Below, one piece after another: positions 60,607 through 64,000 of a stretch of DNA of 64,000 nucleotides. The stretch's first letter is position 1. Each line of letters starts with the position of its first letter. Source of the stretch: an uncultured delta proteobacterium (lineage in GTDB: Bacteria > Desulfobacterota > WTBG01 > CAIYCZ01 > CAIRTM01); NCBI GenBank assembly GCA_963804955.1, contig CAWDSQ010000026.1, positions 147,426 to 211,425 on the forward strand, in the 5' to 3' direction. The translations under genes were made by a program, and so were the position numbers. The notes beneath the pieces are model-generated. The model was not told the DNA's origin. It saw nothing but the letters and a program-made list of their open reading frames with translations, and did not search any database.

Positions 60607-60963
60607 ATGGACAACAAGGCGCCAAACAAGGACCCTGCACCACAAAACGAATCCTTCACCGCACTGTTGGGGCAGCTTATCAACAATTCCGCAGCGGTGG
60701 TTCACGACGAGATTGAGCTCGTGATCCAGGGAGTTCGAGAAAGGGTGCGTGCTTTTCGCAGCGCGGTCTTAACCGTAGCAGCAGGCGCGCTCATCTGTTG
60801 TGCCGCGGTCATGTCTCTTTGCGCTGCAGTGATCATCGCGCTCAGCTCGTATATGGCCCCCGTCAGTGCGGCGCTTGTCACGGGAGCAGCGCTTGCTCTG
60901 ATAGGTGTCGTCATTGCCTTCACCGGCTACAGAAAATTGAAAAAATCGTTCTTTAAAACATAG
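60607..60963 (+). CDS. YqjE-like / phage-holin-superfamily membrane protein
   Basis: S...LL..L......V.DEIEL plus two TM helices. Confidence 0.75.
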   Translation: MDNKAPNKDPAPQNESFTALLGQLINNSAAVVHDEIELVIQGVRERVRAFRSAVLTVAAGALICCAAVMSLCAAVIIALSSYMAPVSAALVTGAALALIGVVIAFTGYRKLKKSFFKT

Positions 60964-60996
60964 AAAATATGCAACCACGGATAAGGAGGACCAGCA

Positions 60997-61497
60997 ATGG
61001 CTGAAAAAAAGTCCCCGGAAAAAACAAAGGCAGCTGAGTGCAAACGCAGCACCGAAGAGATACGTCGGGATATCGCTAAAGGAGAAGAGATCATTTCCCG
61101 GACAGTCGATCAAATCGGCGAGCGTATAAAAGAGAAACTGGATTGGCATGAATATATGAAAAGCTCTCCCTACTGGGCGCTGGGGGCTGCCGCGGGCCTT
61201 GGCTATATTGCATCCAGGATGTTCCTGCCGCGCGCCACTCCTCTGGAGCGAATAATGGGTACCCTTGCCGAGGAACTTCACGGCACTCTCGGTGGCCTGC
61301 GCGCCGGGCCCTCCGGCTCCGACCTCATCAGGATGACCCTGGTGGCAATTGCAACGAAGGCTGCCGTCAGCTGGATAGAGAATTCAGCCTCGACAGCTGA
61401 ACAAAACGGTGGCGCCGAGCCTCGGTCGCAGACAGGGCATGGTTCAAATATGAGGCCGAAAGCCGCCAGGTCGAAAAAACCAAAAACAAGCCGTTAA
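60997..61497 (+). CDS. DUF3618-like protein
   Basis: RS.EEIRRDI......I..TV..I..R....LDW......P.WALG.A. Confidence 0.72.
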   Translation: MAEKKSPEKTKAAECKRSTEEIRRDIAKGEEIISRTVDQIGERIKEKLDWHEYMKSSPYWALGAAAGLGYIASRMFLPRATPLERIMGTLAEELHGTLGGLRAGPSGSDLIRMTLVAIATKAAVSWIENSASTAEQNGGAEPRSQTGHGSNMRPKAARSKKPKTSR

Positions 61498-61522
61498 CCT
61501 GTAATCATTATAGGAGATTACC

Positions 61523-61882
61523 ATGAGCGTAAAAAACGACAAACACGAGGCCAGCGAACAGCACATGGCAGAAGGCCACGCAAACGGAAGCGACGGGGTT
61601 ACTGCGCAGTGTTCTGTGGAATGCGGCGCCGAGGTTTTTGAGCACGCGGAGAAGGCTGTAAGCGATGCATATGATAAAACAGCACAGGTGGTAAGCGAAA
61701 CCTATGAGCAGGCCAAGAATTACAGCAGCAAAAATCCGGGCAAGGCAATGTTTATAACATTAGGGATAGGCGTAGGGGTGGGGTTTCTTGTCGGTGCAAA
61801 CTATCGCCGCTCGGTGACCGACCGGTTTGCTCAACCCGTGGTCAACGCGCTGTCCGATATTGCTTTGGCTTTTTTCCGATAA
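61523..61882 (+). CDS. second DUF883-like protein
   Basis: Y.QAK.Y...NPG....I.LG.GVG.G.L. Confidence 0.68.
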   Translation: MSVKNDKHEASEQHMAEGHANGSDGVTAQCSVECGAEVFEHAEKAVSDAYDKTAQVVSETYEQAKNYSSKNPGKAMFITLGIGVGVGFLVGANYRRSVTDRFAQPVVNALSDIALAFFR

Positions 61883-61912
61883 GCCCGTTGTCCCGCTGTA
61901 TTAGAGAATTTC

Positions 61913-63935
61913 ATGAGCAGTTCAGACCATTTCATCAAGTCGTCGCTAATGTTGACGCTGGCATCGCTTGCGGGCGTGGTGGCGGCTCTATACCCTTGCC
62001 AGGGGCGTTCTGATTCCCTTGACGCTGGCCGTACTGCTGAGCTTCCTGCTGACTCCCGTGTGCGGCTGGCTGGAGCGGCGAAATTGGGCCGGGTTCCGGC
62101 CGTTTTGGTTACGGCCGCTCTGGCTTTCACGCTCGTGGGCGCAGGCGCATGGGCAATAACGGTTCAAATGATAGACCTTGCCCCGAAAATACCAGAATAC
62201 CAGAAGAACATTCAAACAAAGCTGCTTTCGGTCAATGACTATTTCAGTACCGCGCTGAAGAGTGTCAGAAAAAAAGCCGGAGACATTGGCCAGCGTGTGC
62301 CTCCATCAGAGGCGGCCGGCAATCTGGAGGAGCGCGAGGAGCCGCCCGGCCGGTTCGCGTGGTCCTTTCGCCACCGAGCCCCCTTGAAGTTATTGGGGAG
62401 TAGTGTCGGCTTCCGTAGACCGTTCGTAGTTATGGGATCGACCGGCATCGTCATCGTGCTCGTGGTGTTCTTTCCTGATGCGGCGCGAGGATTTGCGCGA
62501 TCGCTTCATTCACCTGAGTGGGAAAAGGCCACGTGACCGTGACCACGCAGATGCTGGAAGATGCCGGCTGCGCGGGTCAGCCGCTATCTCCGATGCTATT
62601 TCTCATCAATGCCACGTTTGGCATTTCGTCAGCATCGGGCTGTACCTGATCGGCGTGCCCAATGCCATCCTGTGGGGTATCCTGGCCACGACATTGAGAT
62701 TTATTCCGTACATCGGCCCGTGGATTGCCGCGGCGATGCCGATTGGGCTGTCGATGGCCATCTCGCCGGGTTGGATAGCGCCCCTGCTGACCGTCGGGTT
62801 GTTCGTGGTGCTGGAGCTTTTCTGGACAATATCATGGAACCCTGGCTCTACGGCAAGAACACCGGCGTGTCGGCGGTGGCGGTCTTGGTGGCGGCTGTGT
62901 TTTGGATGTGGTTGTGGGGACCCGTCGGGCTACTGCTGGCGACCCCGTTGACCGTGTGCCTGTTGGTGGTTGGCAAGCACGTTCCCCAACTGTCCTTCCT
63001 GGACATTTTGCTGGGAAATGAGCCGGTTTTTGAGCCCAGGGACTCGCATCTATCAGCGGCTGCTGGCCGGAGATCAGGAAGAAGCCGAGGAATTGTTCGA
63101 GAACTATCTTGTGCACCAGCCGCTGGTCGAAGTCTACGACACGGTGCTCATCCCGGCACTGGCTTTGGCCGAGACGCATTGGCAACTCGGCGAACTCAAT
63201 GAGGGCAAGCACAACTTCATCATGGAAAGCCTGAAGGAGATGATTCAAGGCCAAGGTGAGCATCAGCAGGAGAATGTTGGCCAAGCGGGATGCCGCGGAT
63301 CGCGCAGTGGCAGACGACGATTCCATTCGAGTTGCCGAGATGACTCGTCACGTCTTTCGATTCTCTGCCTGCCCGCTCGTAGCGAGGCGGATGAAATCGC
63401 CGCCATGATGCTCGCGCAAGTCTTGGAGACGAGCGGCTGCCGTGCGCAGGCCATCTCGGTTACGGCATTGGCCGGCGAGATGGTTGATCTTGTCGATCAA
63501 TGCACGGCCGCCGACGTGATTTGCATTTCCGCCACACCTCCCGCTGCAGTCATGCATGCTCGTTACCTAAGCAGGCAACTCAGTGGTCAGGTTCCGGGTG
63601 CAAAACTGCTCGTGGGATTGTGGGACGCAAACGGCGACCTGAGCAAGGCCAAAGAACGCATCGGTTGCAGCACGGAAACTCATGTTGTCGGGACGCTGGC
63701 AGACGCTCAGGAACAGATCCGCCTCCTGATCAAGCCGCTCGTGCTTGGGCGGAAAACGCTTCAGCCGGGCTGCGGACACGCGCAAATACCAGCTCAATGC
63801 CAGCTTGCGCATTACCCGGGTAATGTTGGGTGCATCATAAACAAGCGCCGCTTCTATGTTGCAAACATACTGCACGACGGTAGTTGCGTCGCCAAATGGA
63901 GGAGTTTTTATGAAAGGTTATGTGAAAAACATTGA
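61913..63935 (+). CDS. AI-2E family transporter with long cytoplasmic C-terminal extension, multiply frameshifted (ends approximate)
   Basis: VLIPL.LAVLLSFLL.P, REDLRDR, LRFIPYIGP, EPWLYG..TGVS, WLWGPVGL.LATP, YQRLLAGD..EA across alternating frames. Confidence 0.85.
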
Positions 63936-64000
63936 AGACATTGCCGTCAAAAATGAGAATTTTCGCCAGGTGCTGTATACGGCCAAAAACATCCAGCTTG
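63910..64000 (+). CDS. cupin-domain protein, N-terminus only (runs off window)
   Basis: MKGYVKNIEDIAVKNENFRQVLYTAKNIQL; GGAGGAG RBS. Confidence 0.8.
   Translation, partial: MKGYVKNIEDIAVKNENFRQVLYTAKNIQL

Noticed and set aside
42488..60963. Prophage suggested by DUF932, the holin-superfamily gene and the nearby cell wall hydrolase
   Set aside because: No integrase, terminase, capsid or tail genes; the holin-like gene sits in a YqjD/E-type context
17073..63935. Many split genes as pseudogenes or programmed frameshifts (mnmG, cheBR, kaiC, BON, DUF4398, ompA, LamG protein, AI-2E)
   Set aside because: Single-base indels, often at short homopolymers, hit unrelated genes including conserved mnmG with motifs otherwise intact; best explained by sequencing/assembly error

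Overview
Bacterial chromosomal window, most consistent with an anaerobic Desulfobacterota/deltaproteobacterium (inferred from gene content: three sigma54 activators, ADP-forming acyl-CoA ligase, CheB-CheR fusion). Single-base frameshifts in many unrelated genes, including mnmG, point to an unpolished long-read assembly, so split ORFs are treated as single genes. The left half (1-28 kb) is mostly housekeeping (purD, purE, tsaC, dedA, mnmG, birA, bioB, engB, rplM, rpsI, argC). It also holds a sigma54-driven acyl-CoA operon with its Cache-sensor/NtrC pair, two toxin-antitoxin pairs and several non-autonomous palindromic/MITE-like elements. The right half (28.9-64 kb) is one co-oriented block and is the best candidate for an undescribed system. 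It reads as a two-tier sigma54 cascade with a KaiA-less KaiC-KaiB-KaiB module in the middle. Order: CheB-CheR-coiled-coil-PAS protein, hybrid kinase, sigma54 activator with Glu at the phospho-Asp position, three palindromic boxes, a duplicated -24/-12-like promoter cassette, PilZ, kaiC-kaiB-kaiB, a multi-PAS sigma54 activator, and two promoters sharing the same tandem box pair about 100 bp upstream of GG-N10-GC. These are followed by a DUF932 fusion and about 20 kb of general-stress-type small genes (BON/OsmY, CsbD, lmo0937-like x2, DUF3185, DUF3309, YqjD/E-like, Ysc84, OmpA, AI-2E, cupin). The cis-elements are directly visible; the regulatory wiring is inference. No rRNA, tRNA, CRISPR array or transposase was seen. 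Family names come from motif recognition, not database searches.
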